Part shown: in pieces, positions 1-13,965 of the stretch
Numbering within the stretch: position 1 is the first letter of the stretch
Layout of the letters: every line of letters starts with the position of its first letter
Assembly (NCBI GenBank): GCA_040954595.2
Contig: CM082579.2
Location: 15,228,550 to 15,292,549 of the forward strand
Source: Balanoglossus misakiensis
Taxonomy: Eukaryota; Animalia; Hemichordata
Length of the DNA stretch: 64,000 bases
Reading direction: 5' to 3'
Notes under the pieces: model-generated
The model's database searches: none
Seen by the model: the letters and a program-made list of their open reading frames with translations, nothing else
What the model was told of the DNA's origin: nothing
Position numbers and translations under genes: made by a program

Positions 1-2694
1 TATGTCTAGGGTGCATGTACATAGATAGATGTTAGGAATCAAAATCAAAATCTGTTTCAAACTTTTCATCCAATACTTGTCCTTCGGAAAGCGTTTTGAT
101 GAAGTCGCTTGAAGTGCTTTGTATTGCTCATGTTATCGATAATTTTAATCACACCTTGATGATAGTCAGCAGTTCTATTTTGACATGTTATTTTGTGTAT
201 TTGTGAACCCCCAAAAGAATAAAATGATAAAGTGAAAATAAGCTTCAAAACACCAAAAGTCTTCAGGATCACAGCTTTTCTGTAAAGAGTAAGATTTCGC
301 TTACTTCATGCTATTAAATGAAATGAAGTTTTCCGTAATATCTCTTGCAAAGTCAGATCTTTACACATTGAGATATTAGAATGGAAGTACATTCCAAGTG
401 ACTTGTTGGGAGCCTTGGGGCACCTAATCCCAGAAAATTGCAATAAGACCTGTTTTTCCATTTACCAATCTAAAGGCCAACTGCTTGTATATTTAGTTGG
501 GTTTCTATAATTAACACACATTTTTGACAATATTTATGGCATGATGGACACTATTCTCGACAAATAAAATAATGTTGTGTCCTCCGGTGTAATTTTTATG
601 AGTTTGGAATCATAGACACCATTTATCTTTTGGTCAACTCTGTTAACAGTCGCCAAAATTGCTGGAGTGGAACTGATACATGATCTAAAGTATCAAGACA
701 TATGGTCGATTATTAACGTTTCAGCAATTTGACTTAAGTTTCTTTAATTTCCTATGGCATTTTGACAAACATTAACGTCCCGAAAAAACGTTGTCAACGC
801 TGCGGTGGCGATTGTGGTCGAAACAAAGCCGCTTGGTTCGTTACCCGGGGTCCATTTAGATTGCATTGCGTTTGAGGCCCTATGTGTATGTCTGACGACC
901 AATAAACGTGACGACCGCGGACTAAGTTTGGATCAACGTCTATTTCGGGCAGTGGACTCTCCTATCAAGTTGATAAGGAAATTTTACCAGTCACGAGTAA
1001 GCCAAGCCCACATCCGTGTGCAATTCGAATATATCGGTGATCTGTTTATATGATTATCATTAGCTAAGGTGGTAAACTGTTGTGATTCATATGTGTAATT
1101 TACGTACTGCAAGTTAAATATCGCAATTAGCCTAATGTTTGACCATAGACAGTATGGTTTGACTTCTAGAGGAGCACCTATTAATCCGAAAGGGATTAAA
1201 AGTTGTGCCTTTAAATTGTGTTTTGATAACTTACTTACCCCTCTAAGTAGTTTAGTAACCATAATATCTTTGCAAATCATTCTTTCCACAGTTCCTTGTA
1301 TCAAATATAGTAATCTAAATTTATTTTGGTGTTTGCAGATGTTATTTGGTGGGTGAAATTATCTGTATTGGTGGCCATTTTGAAAAATTGGTTGCCATGG
1401 AAACTCATCAACAGATATTTAGTGGCTCCCTATCTGAATTTATTTAGTACACATTAACACACATCTGAGCCAAGTTTGGTGCTTTTATCACAAAATGCAC
1501 AATCGCTATGAAAATTAGGGTTTGGCCGCTCCACTACGGGGCTTTAGACGGCCATATTGAATTGCCACATCGAGGCTCTTGTCTCAAAATGAACTTCACA
1601 CTTGAAGTATTGTTTTGAACAAGGTTTAAGTCCTTTATTAAAATAAAGAAAAGGTAATTTTTTCCAATGCTTGTGAGTTTTCAGTACATGTACTGTTACA
1701 CCTAGCTTTATTATTATTAGGTAGCCAAAAATCAACGAATTATTCATACAATATGCAAATTTTTGCATAATTATTGTTTTATTGTTGCTATTTTGTGTTT
1801 ATACAACCAAAAAAAGTTGTTGATGTAAACATGTAGTTTAGTTTCATTGTTTAAGGAGGTACGTGAACATTTCTTTGATGCTATTCATGTGAGAATTGCG
1901 ATCCTTGGCGGCCATTTTGATTTGCCAAAACGAGGCTCTTATCTCAAAAAGATCTTTTGGGAACAGGCATTTTCGAAATCAGCGTAGTCGAATTGACCAA
2001 AAAACATATTTGGTTTGCTTGTACCAAAAAATGCCAGAGGGGGTCACAATTTCTCAAATCTCCACCTGACTATAGGAAAAAAATATACTTCATCATAGTT
2101 TCCATGGTCAGCAGCTTCAATAACTTGTTGCCTTTTCTTACTGAACATTTTGACTTATAAAGAAGTATAACAAGAATAAAGTTGTCCAATTAGTGTTGGC
2201 AGGGGGGTGAGGGATGTGTTCTCCCATACAAAGGTGTATAGGTATGTAGTCTTTAAGAAAAACTTGGGGTAAATGACCAGAAAATTTGACTTATAATACA
2301 AATAGGTCGGGTTTTGGGCATTTACACGTGTTGATGTTATCGACTGGGGCGACAGACTACCATCCGAAAAAATTTCAAGTACCCCCCCCCCCCCCCCCCT
2401 CGGGTGCCGGCCAGTGGGATGGAGGTGATAGAAACTGTTGTAGATACAATAGAGGCCTACAACCTGAAAACCTTCTGGCTTTAACCGAGGACTTGCCATT
2501 AAAGATACCTGTAGGCCCCTATATGCTGCTCCCACATACACTCCCAGTCCTAAACCTTGCATCTGATTTGTGGTGCAGATGAAGAATTAAGATTGGCTTG
2601 ACAATTAGCACACTTAATTGCCTGTTATGAGATATAATACATACAATCATGGGACAAGAATGGCAAAAGTTAAATTATCCAGCAGGTGTTTGAA

Positions 2695-2920
2695 TTATGC
2701 AAATTAGAGCAGTTGTCTAATATTGCCATGTCAACCATGTTGAAATTGTTTTAGGTACCCATATTAATGGAAACCCTGCAAATTCGATATTACACACCAT
2801 TTAAAACAAATATGGGAAATTAACATGTTAGAGAAATTTGGCGGCCATTTTGGATTATGCAAATTAGAACAGTTGTCTAATATTGCCATGTCAACCATGT
2901 TGAAATTGTTTTAGGTACCC
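2695..2920. repeat. 160-bp tandem repeat, ~1.4 copies (counterpart of 34868-35520)
   Basis: TTATGCAAATTAGA(G/A)CAGTTGTCTAATATTGCCATGTCAACCATG occurs at 2695 and 2855. Confidence 0.85.
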
Positions 2921-3448
2921 AGGAGAGTTGAATGAAAATGCCATTTGCAATGCAGTTGTCTTGTATTGGGTGCCCATATTAAGGCATTCTTGAAAACGAA
3001 ACATTATTCATCATTTTGACGCAAACAGAAAAGGTGTTCAAATGCAAATTGGAAGAGTTGCCCAACCCTGCCATATTTGCAATACAGTTGTAGTGACTGT
3101 CAACTCGACTACAGACAGTCTCGATGAACACAAGACATGATCCCAATTTGCAAGCTGAGTTGAAACTGACTGCTGCAGTAACTTAGCTGTGGGAATGTCT
3201 TGTGTGATTTAAAAAATGATGACCAAATTTAACACAGTTTCTCTGAGGTAACCATTTAGCTTTCAGGACTAAGTTTGTTTAAGAATCCTTTATTCTACCC
3301 AAGGAACAAATTTCCTTAGAATTTCACAACTGAGACACAGTTTACAGATATACAAAAAGTGCGTACTACAAACATAAGAAATTGTTTGCATTTTTTTTTC
3401 TGATGGCAATGCATTTGACTGTAAACAGACATTGACGTCCTTTAGTAA

Positions 3449-4282
3449 GGGACTGTTCAGTTTTGGTGGAGGGGGGGGGGCAAAAGTTTGTGTCATTGGT
3501 TTTCAAAATCAGGCCGACACCCCCTTCAACCAGGACCAAAAAAATGATGAACCCCCCCCCCCCCCTTTGACAGGACCAAAATATGATGACCCTCCTCCCA
3601 CCCCGAAAACATTCGCCATCCTTATCTTATGTACACTGACTGTATGCAATAAAGGTAAAGGGTCTCCTCACACCTCAATTCTAAATTTCTTAAAGAAATT
3701 TATAATTTGAAGTGTATAATAGTATAGCGTTGCAATAAAGAAGGTCTATGGATAAATTAAAAGGACACGTCAATACAATAGTTGGTAGAATTGGTAAAAC
3801 AAGAAAAGTGGAAGGGGTGGGTGCACGTAGGACAATTTTGTAAAATACAATTAATGCATTTTAATGAACTCAAAGGCAAATTAACTTAATGTTGGGGAGG
3901 ACAAATTTGACTTTTGCCACTCAAAGTTAACATCAGTGGGGGTGGGATGGCAAGTATTCTGCCCTGGTACACTATATGTGGCGAAGAAATAAGGGGATGG
4001 GTGTGGGAGGGGATGTCCTCCTTCCACATAAGAAAACTTTGTAAAATATGTAGCTCAAAGTTGCATTTTAATGAAGTCAAAAGCAAATTACATGTATCTC
4101 AATGTTTAAAAGGACCAATTTTACTGTTGCCACTCCACTCAAAGTTAGCATCGGTGGGTACATGTATATGACATCCCCCCTAAACGTTTGAAAAAAAGAT
4201 GACTCCCTCTTTTGGATTTCAAAATTTAAGTGACCCCCTGGATTTTGCCAGCCTCCCCCCACCGTAAAAACTGAATGGTCCC
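3449..4282. mobile_element. PIF/Harbinger-like (Tourist-type) MITE
   Basis: TAA|GGGACTGTTCAGTTTT ... AAAACTGAATGGTCCC|TAA. It is absent from the three paralogous TIR copies (near 12050, 26887 and 34252). Confidence 0.8.
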
Positions 4283-5407
4283 TAAGCGCTATTTTGTCAG
4301 TGAAATGGCTCCATTATTATCCCTCCAACCATAGTTGAAACGGAGTTAAATATGTACAGCTTGAAATCATAAAATGTTGCAAAATTGAACCAAGAGTTTG
4401 GTCAATGATCAAGTTCTTACAGCTATTACTAGAACCATACAGTCTCAGCGAACAAGAGACATTGGTCCGATTTGCAAGCCGAGTTGGAACTGACTTTGCC
4501 TGCACACAGATGTGCCAATTTCAGCGAATCTTATCGTATTTAAAAATGAATATGGAGAATTGTTATCTGTGTTCCTATTGCTAGCCTACATACATGTAGC
4601 TGTTGTCATTCTAGTGTTTTTTTTCTGTATACCAAAATTGCCACACTGTTTGGGATACTTTTATCAAATGTTATGTGATACTATATCAGCCTGTTTTGGG
4701 GATCTTGACAATGACATATATTAGACTTTTCATACACAGCATGAGGTAGAATTTCAGAAAAGATTAGGTAATAAGACTGTATATCTCATAGGAAATAATC
4801 ACTTTAGAAGTATTACGATAAAAAAAATCATTTCACTCTTATTGGGAGCATACATTTGTAAAACATACATACAGACATGAATACAGACATAGAGAGATCA
4901 AGGTGTATACGATTTTCAGTGGGGGAGGGGGTCCTCCTTAATTGCAAACAACTATGTAATGGTAATTTCCCTTTTATAATAACAATTTTTGAGGTATAAG
5001 GAAAAAATATCAAACAAAATAAACAAAAAAACTAATTCAGCTATGATTTGATTCAATTATCATTCTAAAGAAGCACATATCATTAACTCACTACTAAACT
5101 TTTAAAGTGATCAACCATGCACTTTCTGAGAATTTTTTTTATGCCCCCAAAATACAATTTTTTCATTTTCAGAACATTTATGATATATCACAGTAAAAAA
5201 ATCCCCTGGAAACTGCAAAACAAAAAATTGCAAAGCAATCAAACAAAAATGGCAAAAATTGTCCACAAAAACTATATTGACAGTTCCATCATAGGATTTG
5301 TTAAAATGTCGTGATAACACACCTAGGAACCTGCAAACCAAATTTCAAAGAACTGTGAGTAGAGGTTTTTGAGTATTTGACCAAAATCACCCCAAAAATA
5401 TACTTCA

Positions 5408-7754
5408 AACCAGATATTAACTGAATATGCTCACGTGCAGTACTGTGATTGGTTGACAGAATAACAAGATTAGAAAAACCAGTGTTAAACCAATTTGGTT
5501 TATAGTGTATATGGTGTAAGGGTTGTGTGTTGCACCATTGTGAAATGTAAACATGTTTGTGGAATTGTTGCCTTGTCAATTTTTGTAAGGGGTTATGAGT
5601 CATGTACCCCATCCTGAACTGCATAAAAAGATAAGTCTATGGAATTCTAAAACTCGTTGATCAAAAATGGCAAGAAATATACCAAAAAGTATGAATATTT
5701 CACCAGATTTCAACAAATCTGATTTCTGTTCATGCCTAAGAACCTCTTTAACAAGTTTCAATAAGGAAGACATTTTGGCAAACAACAGGTAATTCAGACA
5801 AATCTGACTGATATCACATATATGAATTCCCATTCAAAGTTTCCAATCAATTGGACTTGTGGTTTCACTGAAGACTATTTGGCCAAACCCTGCAGAATTC
5901 CCAAAAAATACAATTATGCAAATTTCTTTACAATTTGATCATATCTGACTGAGATCACCCCTAGAAACCCAAATACAAAGTATCAAAACAATTGCACTTA
6001 CACACGGGATTTGATTTTTTGACAAAAACAGGAAATATTGCCCAAAAATGCATTTTTGCAAATTTCACCACCGTTTGCACAAATGTGATTCAGGTAAGCC
6101 CTATGAACCTCCATACCAAGTTTCCAATCAATTGGACATGTAATTTCAGAGAAGAATTTTTTTAAACAAAACTGCAGAAAATTCCCCCAAACATTCATAA
6201 AAAATAGCAAACGCCAGATACTGACTCCACCTGAACAAAATCATACGAGGTCTTCCCATAGTACTTGCACACCAATGCACGCCAATTTTTAACTGAATCT
6301 GATCCGCTGTTATTAAGTTTTTCAATTTTGACTATTTGAACATTTTTCCAGTTAATACCAGTATGCATTTTTTCGCAATAACAATTTCTATGTACACACT
6401 AAATATCAGTAGTTTCAAGTTTTTGATGTTGATGGACATACACATACATACATCAATACATTTAGACGAAACTGATCCATTCGCAAAATACATAATTCTG
6501 TATGAGGCACACATACAGACATACATAGACGACGGACACCAACTTATGCTATAAGCTGACATTGATATACATGTTAGCCAAAAACCAAAATCAACCTCAA
6601 AATAGACATTAAAATATATTGCACCACCATGAGAAGACAAATTCATTTTTCGACAAATTTTCTGGGGCGTCATTGATATAGCATGGCATATTGTCAAAGT
6701 ACGTAGTCTCTGTGATAAGATTCCATACACACAAAATGGCCTTGGAAGTCCAGCTGACGTAGTTATGCAATGGCGTCTCGTGTATTCCGTCGCACAAAAA
6801 TCATCGTAAAATTGATAGTCGGGGTCACAATTCAAGACGACTTTCTCTAAATTCTTTATGAATGGATTAAATCGAAATCGAAATGTTGACGTATGACGTA
6901 CGGAATGAGATCTGAACAGACATTCAATGTTATCATTCTCGCTCGATCACATATTGGGTAAGCCATCTAGCAATCGCTATATAGTATTGGCGATAACAGA
7001 CTGTCTATAAACTCACAAAACGGATTTTACTGTTGAGTGTGATCAACCGCCACATTATTTTTCTCTGAACAATAGACAAATAGAAAGCCTGGTGACATTT
7101 TGAGATTGACTGCGTGAGGACCACAATATGCGTGAATCATTTACGGTTTGTCTTGATGAATGGGTCACGTCATAGTCATAACGCGGATTCGGCTGCACGC
7201 CAACTATCCGCCATATTGTCTCCACTAACTTACTCGTAAGTAGTTTCAAACTTCATTTGAAAAGAGTATTCGTCTGACGGTCCTGTAGATTAACAATTTA
7301 CGCTCTATGAAGCAACTAAACAACGTTAGCTTCCTTGTGGATTCCCGTAGGGAAGTTATTCGTAACGACGGGTACAGCGTCTGAGCATGGACAGAACCAC
7401 GGCAATATCGCCAGGAATGTCTCATTTCACAGCGCCCTCAAACAGTCGATCTCCTCAAACTATCGTTTCCACTGGTCATATATGCGGCATTAACGAAAGC
7501 TCACATAGACAACCATGTAATAGAAAAATTAAAACTTAAATAACTTCATTAATATCAAAGCCACACGCACCAAAACCTTTTCAGTTCTTGCCATATGATA
7601 TCTGAACCTGTGTACTAAATTTGGTTGAAATCGGTTCAGCGGTTCTTGAGATATCGGGTATACAGACAGACACACACACACATACATACATACACACACA
7701 CACACACAGACATCGCTAAACCATAAGCTCACGTGATTTTCACGTGAGCTAAAA
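5408..7754. mobile_element. Left-arm-specific composite insertion with Helentron/HINE-like features
   Basis: Missing at the equivalent right-arm site (~33150). Contains degenerate tandem subrepeats, CATA/CA microsatellites (6437-6530, 7661-7710) and a terminal stem-loop AGCTCACGTGA-TTT-TCACGTGAGCT (7726-7750). The family call is an inference. Confidence 0.5.
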
Positions 7755-8508
7755 ATGAAAAAAAATCCATGAGGTCTCAAAATGAATACACACCAATTTC
7801 TAAAGCAATTTGACCAGTTTCCACCAATTTCACATTGGTCCCAGTGGTAGATAGACATATACGAAATGGGAACCAAAGAATAAAACACATTTCAAAGATT
7901 TAACACATCTTTTTCCTCAAGAGTGTTTTTCAAATCTTCTCCACATCCTTCAAAATCGCCACCATAAAGCCATATTACTTGAAGTGCTTATGTTTGTCAT
8001 ATCTAGGTGATGCATACCACTATAGATGTGTACCCTTTGTATAGAGGCAGATTAAACAGGTGTGGTACCTGTTAAATATCTGACTTCTTTAAATTACAGC
8101 CACAATCGTCTGTCAACAAGATGTTCATGTAGATGTATACCTAGCAGTAAGCTTATTTAGATTGACAAATCTTAGATGAAAATAATGAAAAAGTGGCACA
8201 ACCCTTAGGGCTTTAACTAGCAGCTTTATGCCAGATGAGTTCGAGTCTAACTATGTAATGTTGACATTAAGGTTTCATTGAAATAACTTGGGAACCTCTC
8301 TACTATTTGAAGCACCAAAGCTGTGAAAAACTTCCTTCTTTCCCTGAGTTTTTTATGAATATGTTCTAATCTGGGACAACAATTTGTTGCCAAGTGTCTT
8401 GACCCCTTTACCAAATGTCAGGGACCGGATTTTTTTCAGCAAAATTTCAAATAACCTTGGCTGATTTTTTACCTACTTTCACATATTGGGTAGCATGAAA
8501 CAAAGTAT

Positions 8509-9706
8509 GGCTTCCAGAAGGGTTATAGATACAGTGTTTTGTAATAACAAGAATTAACATGAAACTATAATTTCATGGTTAATTTAGGACCGCCTTAATC
8601 TATGGTAATGTCATTAAATATTTGCATATCTAATTGTAGGCTATCCAGTGGAGGGAGAAACCTAAACATGGACAACATTGGGGTCAAAATTGTTTGACAG
8701 AACTTTGGGTGACTTTGGGTAAACCTTGACCAACATTACTATATCTTGGCATCCAGAGCAGATGCAACCTTGACACTTGGAGTGATGGAAATGCATAATG
8801 GAGTATTATGTCTCAGCTAGTCACAGTGCTTTTGCTGTGTTTTATGTCTTTTATTCAGCCAAATTAGATGTTTTTTATTACACATTGGCTGTGTTTGCCA
8901 GTACTTTTTAGCTGGTCACACTGCCTTAAGACAATGTATTCTCAAAATACCATGCAATCATTATGAAGCATATACAGCAGACAAAGTTATGGTATGACTG
9001 AACTTGCCCTTCTTTGTGACTAAAGCATGACCGGCCTGTCTTAGGTGGCCCCTACCTAGGGGCTTTACCCGTCATTGGCTCACAGTCTGAGAAATCAGCT
9101 CTGCAGGGAAGTTAACGATGTAACCCACCATTAAAGCTTGGATTTCCGCTTTTTGTATCTGATGCCTGGCTGAGGCCTTCTTAGGATCTACCCAACGCTG
9201 AGTAGGCTATCCCGTCATTGGCACACAGTCTCAGGGAGGGAGTTCAAAGTTCAGTATACCAGCAAAGCCTTTATATTGTCCATTCTTTTTAAGAGAAGGC
9301 TGGCTGCTGTAGAAAAATGTTGATCTCAAATGTATCATGTCCAAAAAAAGGCAGACTTCCAGCCCTATTGGTTAGGCTGGCATTAGGTATGTACATAATT
9401 AATGAGGCAAGACATAATATTCCATTACATAGTTCCATAACTCCAAGTGTCAAGGATGTATCTGTGCCGGATGCCAAGATATAGGAATGTAGGTCAAAGT
9501 TTACCCAAGATCACCCAAAAGTTTGTCAAAAGATTTTGACCCCAGAGTTGTCCATGTCCAGGTTACCACATCCACTAGAATAAGATATGCACATATTTAA
9601 TGAGGTTACCATAGCTCAAGGGGGTCTTTAATTAACCATCAACATTTAGTTTCATATTAATGCATGTTAATATAATACACTGTATCTATAACCCTACTGG
9701 TAAGCC
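8509..9706. repeat. Inner ~300-bp inverted repeat (8509-8813 / 9410-9706) enclosing a ~600-bp conserved core
   Basis: GGTTATAGATACAGTG...GACACTTGGAG...TATTATGTCT is matched in reverse complement by AGACATAATA...CTCCAAGTGTC...CACTGTATCTATAACC. Confidence 0.9.
9021..9243. other. Near-invariant core with two related stem-loop motifs (candidate structured RNA/DNA element)
   Basis: One mismatch in 223 nt against the reverse complement of 31665-31887. Two copies, 143 nt apart, of GGCC-T(G)TCTTA-GG[variable hairpin]CC-CGTCATTGGC-WCACAGTC. Confidence 0.45.
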
Positions 9707-12700
9707 TAGAATTAGGTACATGCGAAAGTTTTTGACAAGATAGATAAGTTGTAAAATATGTACATGAACCTGACAATTGACTTAAAATAACATAAGGCAG
9801 ACTTGATACTTATCGGAGATAGATACTAATAACAACAGTGATGTTAATTACACCGGGAATGTTTGTCTTATTATAGCTACATGTAAAAGACTGCTTGAGG
9901 TAATGTAATTAAAGTGACCACTTGCGATTCACCTTCAAAGTGCTATGCAAGTACATTGTTTTTCCAATGATTGGACAAAGGATATTCATAATGTGTAATT
10001 AAGGCTGGATAGCATTTTCAATGTAATAAGCCCTGCCTTCACTATAATCTTACGCCAAATCAACATTGTTCAATTTATGTTAATAATTTCACTAAGGGAT
10101 ACTTGTTACATCAAATTTCCCAGCAAGGGGTGTCAGATTATTGGGCAAGTGGCATGCATGACACTAGACGATACTTTTGGAAGCAAAGCGGACAGAACAC
10201 GGCTGGATATAGACTAGGTAATTCTGAATGTGACCATGAACTGTACCACAGACTCTGTATTGTATGTTTCTGAAGAATCCCATTTAACCCAGACATCAAC
10301 ATACTTCAACCTTGTAAGAAGTAGAACATACATGATTTACTAGTAAATATTTGCTAGCTTATTACACACTTTGGATTACACAAAAATAGGTGTGTACACC
10401 GCTGTGACATTGCTAAGCAGATATGACCTACCAGGTAACCTAATACAATTTCACAGGAATCGGAGTATTTTCAGTGAAAACAACATTTCTTCAACAATGA
10501 CAAAAACTGCCTCAACCACAAAAATTCAGATATCAACAAATCCAACAATATCTCACTTCAATCACCACAAGGAACATGCCTACCAAAATTGAAAGCAATT
10601 TGACATGCGGTTTCAAAGAATACAAATTGCAAAAATTGCCTCAAGACCACAAATATGCAAATTTCACCAAAATGATATACAACATTACTTGGGTTACCTC
10701 ATGGAACAAGCAAACCAAAATTTAAATGCAACCTGACCTGACATGGAGTTTCAGAGAAAATGATTTTTGACCAAAAATGACAAAATTATATTTCCCAAAA
10801 ATTACAAATTTTGCCACAATTTAAACAATACTAACAAAGATTACCTATAGGAAATAGCATACTAAATTCTAGATACAATTCACGATATTAGCTGAAAGTA
10901 TATCAGGCGTGACATAAGCTACATGCATACAAATGTTCAAAGCAATCTGACCAGTTGTTGAGTTTCTGAGTTTTGATCAATTTCACATTGCTCCAGGTAA
11001 TTAGCATATTTCATTTGAACAGGCGTGCCTGCATCTAAAAACCCAATATCAAGACTTACCACACAGACTCTGTATTGTATGTTTCTGGAGTAATCAAATA
11101 AAACCAATCATGAAAATACTTCAACCTTCTTAATATGAACAAAATCCTATTTACAGGCTGGCCTACATCTACACACCAAATATCAAGGGGATACGCGAAG
11201 GGGTTTTCAAGTTTTTGATGTGGACAGACATACATACATCCATACATACTACATACACACATACAGAGGCAACTGACTGGTCAGAAGGCATGAGCAAAAA
11301 TGCAGGAAATCAATGTTGTGACACTGGTAGTAGGCCTTAATGTATACAATATCAAGACAGTTTATTTAACATGAAGTTTGATATGTTCATAATCATTCAG
11401 AGCTAAGCATATTTTGAAATTGTAAAATTAATATCAATCACATGAAAACTGACAGCATGCTTTCATTTGGGAATTTAGGTATTGTAATTAACACTAACAG
11501 TCATGAAACTATTGAATCGTCAATAAAATCATACAGTAGAAATTAATGGGTTTTCTATTTATATGCGATATGAAAATGCAACTTGTGGTCCTTCGGCCAG
11601 TAAGAGGCATCAGATAATATTGTAAGACCCAGTTGCCCAATTGATTAGACCTACATGTATGCGCTGTGTGAAGCGCAAGTTATGGCAACTGAATTCACAG
11701 GACACTGAAGAAAGTGGAATCACTCAAGGTACATATGTATACATGTAGGCTAACAATCACAACACAGAGAATAGTTCTCCATATTCATTTTTAATACGAT
11801 AAGATTCACTGAATTGGCGCATCCATGGGCAGGCAAGGTTAGTTCCAACTCAGTTTGCAAATCAGGCCCATGTATCTTGTTCCCTGAGACTGTCTGCTTC
11901 TAATAATAGCTGTAAGAACATAATCGTTGACCGAATGGTTGGTTCAATTTTGCAACATTTTATGATTTCAAGCTGTGCAATATTTGCAACTCAGTTTCAA
12001 CTTTGGTTGGAGGGATGATGATGAAGCAATTTCACTGACAAAATAGCACTACTAACTGACGTCAATATTTGTTCAAAGTTAAATGCATTGCTATCAGAAA
12101 AATGTATACTAAAAGTTTCGTATGTGAATAATAACACTTTTTCGTATAACTGCAAACCCTGTCACAGTTGTGAAATTCTAAGAAAATTCATTCATTAGGT
12201 AGAATTCGTGCTTTATGAATTCTTAAACAAACTTAGTCATGAAACCTAAATGGTTACCTTACACATGTTGAGGCTCGACTTCTGTGATATGATAGTCTTT
12301 AATTAATGTGTATGTGATTCCATACAAATCCATATGATTACCTGAACATACAAAATAAATTAAAAATAAATACATAAATTAAAAATAAATAAGTATCTCA
12401 TACATATGCATAAGTGCTTGTGAGAAATATATCATATATCTAAATAAACCTGTCATTTATTGACCTCATTTTCCCAGTAAACCAAAGGACTAAATTGCAC
12501 TTTAATATTACAGCTTCATTTCAATGCAACAGGTACACTACATCATAAGGGAACAAATATGCCAGCTCAACATTTATATAAACAGTGTCAAAATATAAGT
12601 GGCTACAAAAGCTTGTGTCCCTTCAATCCATTCTCCCACTCAGGTCAAACGTGTTACATATTAAAATTGCAATGTGCATAATATACAATTAGTCTTTTGT

Positions 12701-12983
12701 AAATTCAGACTGAGAAAATATGACTGATAAACATTATCTGGCACATGTTGGTGAATGGCTGGCGTTGATGTTGTGGGTTGAAATCCGAACTATGATTATC
12801 GCGGGTACAAATCACATTTATTTTCTCAGAGACAACACGTTTGCAACTTCGGGACAGAAAGGTGAAAACGAACGTCATTAGTTCTTGGGAAAAAACTCTG
12901 AAATCAATTTCGGTGAGGTCAAATGTGTTCCAAAGGCAAACCGTTTCTGGTAAACAAATCAATGGCAAATAGTTACTTCGGCG

Positions 12984-13181
12984 ACTTACCAATCAATCAA
13001 CATGGCTGCCAAATCGTTGGATATCCCGGTTTCATCTCGCGATCATTCTATCTTCCGATATGGCGTTGCTTGGTTAAATTCGCCTCTTCTTTGCCGACAT
13101 AGTCGGGCGACAGCGGTCCAGAAGCATATACAGCGACGCCATCTTGTTTACAACGTGAAGTATCAACTGCGCATGCTCAAT
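12984..13181 (-). promoter_or_regulatory. Putative CpG-rich promoter/first exon, left-arm copy
   Basis: NRF1-like TGCGCATGC, YY1-like AAGATGGCG, a 22-codon ORF (13142-13074, MASLYMLLDRCRPTMSAKKRRI*) and a splice donor G|GTAAGT at 12989. All are retained in the right-arm copy. Confidence 0.45.
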
Positions 13182-13654
13182 GGTTGTTGATTGGAAAGTG
13201 GGCAGAGCCTGCAAGATCCAGGGTTCGCTTGACCGGCCAAACACGGTTATTCTCCCTGGACCAAATCATTTAAGCGTCAGGCGTAATACATCACATAATT
13301 GACTGGAAAACTAAACAGTCTTCCACCTATATATCAACACAGTTTATTAAACCAGCACCCGCGCAAATATTCACAAGTATATGATTAAAATTGATGAAAT
13401 CATTAATCGCACGGTTACAGCTGTCATAGTTTCTAATAATATTATTCACTGGTAGCGCTGACATACCATGTTGAAACTTGTCGCGGAAAACAAGATAATT
13501 GATCTTACGGTGTCATTTGTTTTTAAAAAGTGCTTAATAACTATTGATCCCATTGATATATTTTTTCCATATTTATATATTTTTCGCAAATTTTGACTGC
13601 TTGGGCTACTAATAGCATGGTGATCACAATGGATTTACCACCTCCCAGCTGCGT

Positions 13655-13812
13655 TATAAAAGAATGCCTATTCTGTGGACACTAGCCTCATCGAAGACCG
13701 AACGTGTTCATCGATGTTTCCATTCATGACGAACTCCAATGCAGGCGTCGCAGTCATTCTGGCTTTCACGCTGTGGGCACCTCTGGTGACAGCAATTCCC
13801 AACAAGTTGCGG
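13655..13812 (+). CDS. Putative first exon encoding a signal peptide, with upstream TATA box
   Basis: TATAAAAG at 13655. ATG at 13714 or 13726 reads MTNSNAGVAVILAFTLWAPLVTA-IPNKLR (hydrophobic core, V-x-A cleavage motif), followed by a consensus donor CGG|GTAAGT at 13813. Confidence 0.5.
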
Positions 13813-13965
13813 GTAAGTAATCACACAACCTATATGAGTGAAAGTTTCTTGTCATTTTCGCAACGTCAAGGTTGATATTCTCTTCTTGGATCGAAAATGT
13901 GTGACACAACAAATGAATCTGCGTGGCAGGGTCGGCTGTGTCTTATGCTTCGAGGCATAGTCGTC

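Larger units (their letters stand above)
3247..12258. mobile_element. Long-TIR non-autonomous DNA element, PIF/Harbinger-like (left-arm copy)
   Basis: Termini GGTAACCATTTAG (3247) and CTAAATGGTTACC (12258), with flanks TGA/TTA (degenerate TWA target duplication). TIRs span 3247-~4620 (split by a MITE, inner part diverged) and ~11491-12258. No transposase ORF. The superfamily is inferred only from the GG termini and the 3-bp TWA duplication. Confidence 0.65.
2073..13181 (-). repeat. Left arm of a ~34-kb imperfect inverted repeat (partner 25979-36060)
   Basis: Reverse-complement collinear with 25979-36060. Examples: TAGGAAAA...CTTCATCATA at 2073 vs TGATGAAGTACATTTTCCTA ending 36060; ACTGCGCATGCTCAAT ending 13181 vs ATTGAGCATGCGCAGT at 25979; 7780-10370 vs ~28980-33130; 12262-12645 vs 26300-26683. 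The arms differ by substitutions and arm-specific insertions. Confidence 0.92.

Noticed and set aside
1-2072. Short ORFs and repeat ends terminating in CTA (1535, 2072)
   Set aside because: No coding motifs. They are probably non-autonomous transposon ends, but the partner termini cannot be located in the window.
9028-9230. H/ACA snoRNAs (hairpins ending in ACAGTC)
   Set aside because: The pocket-to-ACA distance is 12 nt rather than 14-15, there is no H box on that strand, and I could not recognise a target. Kept only as an unassigned motif.
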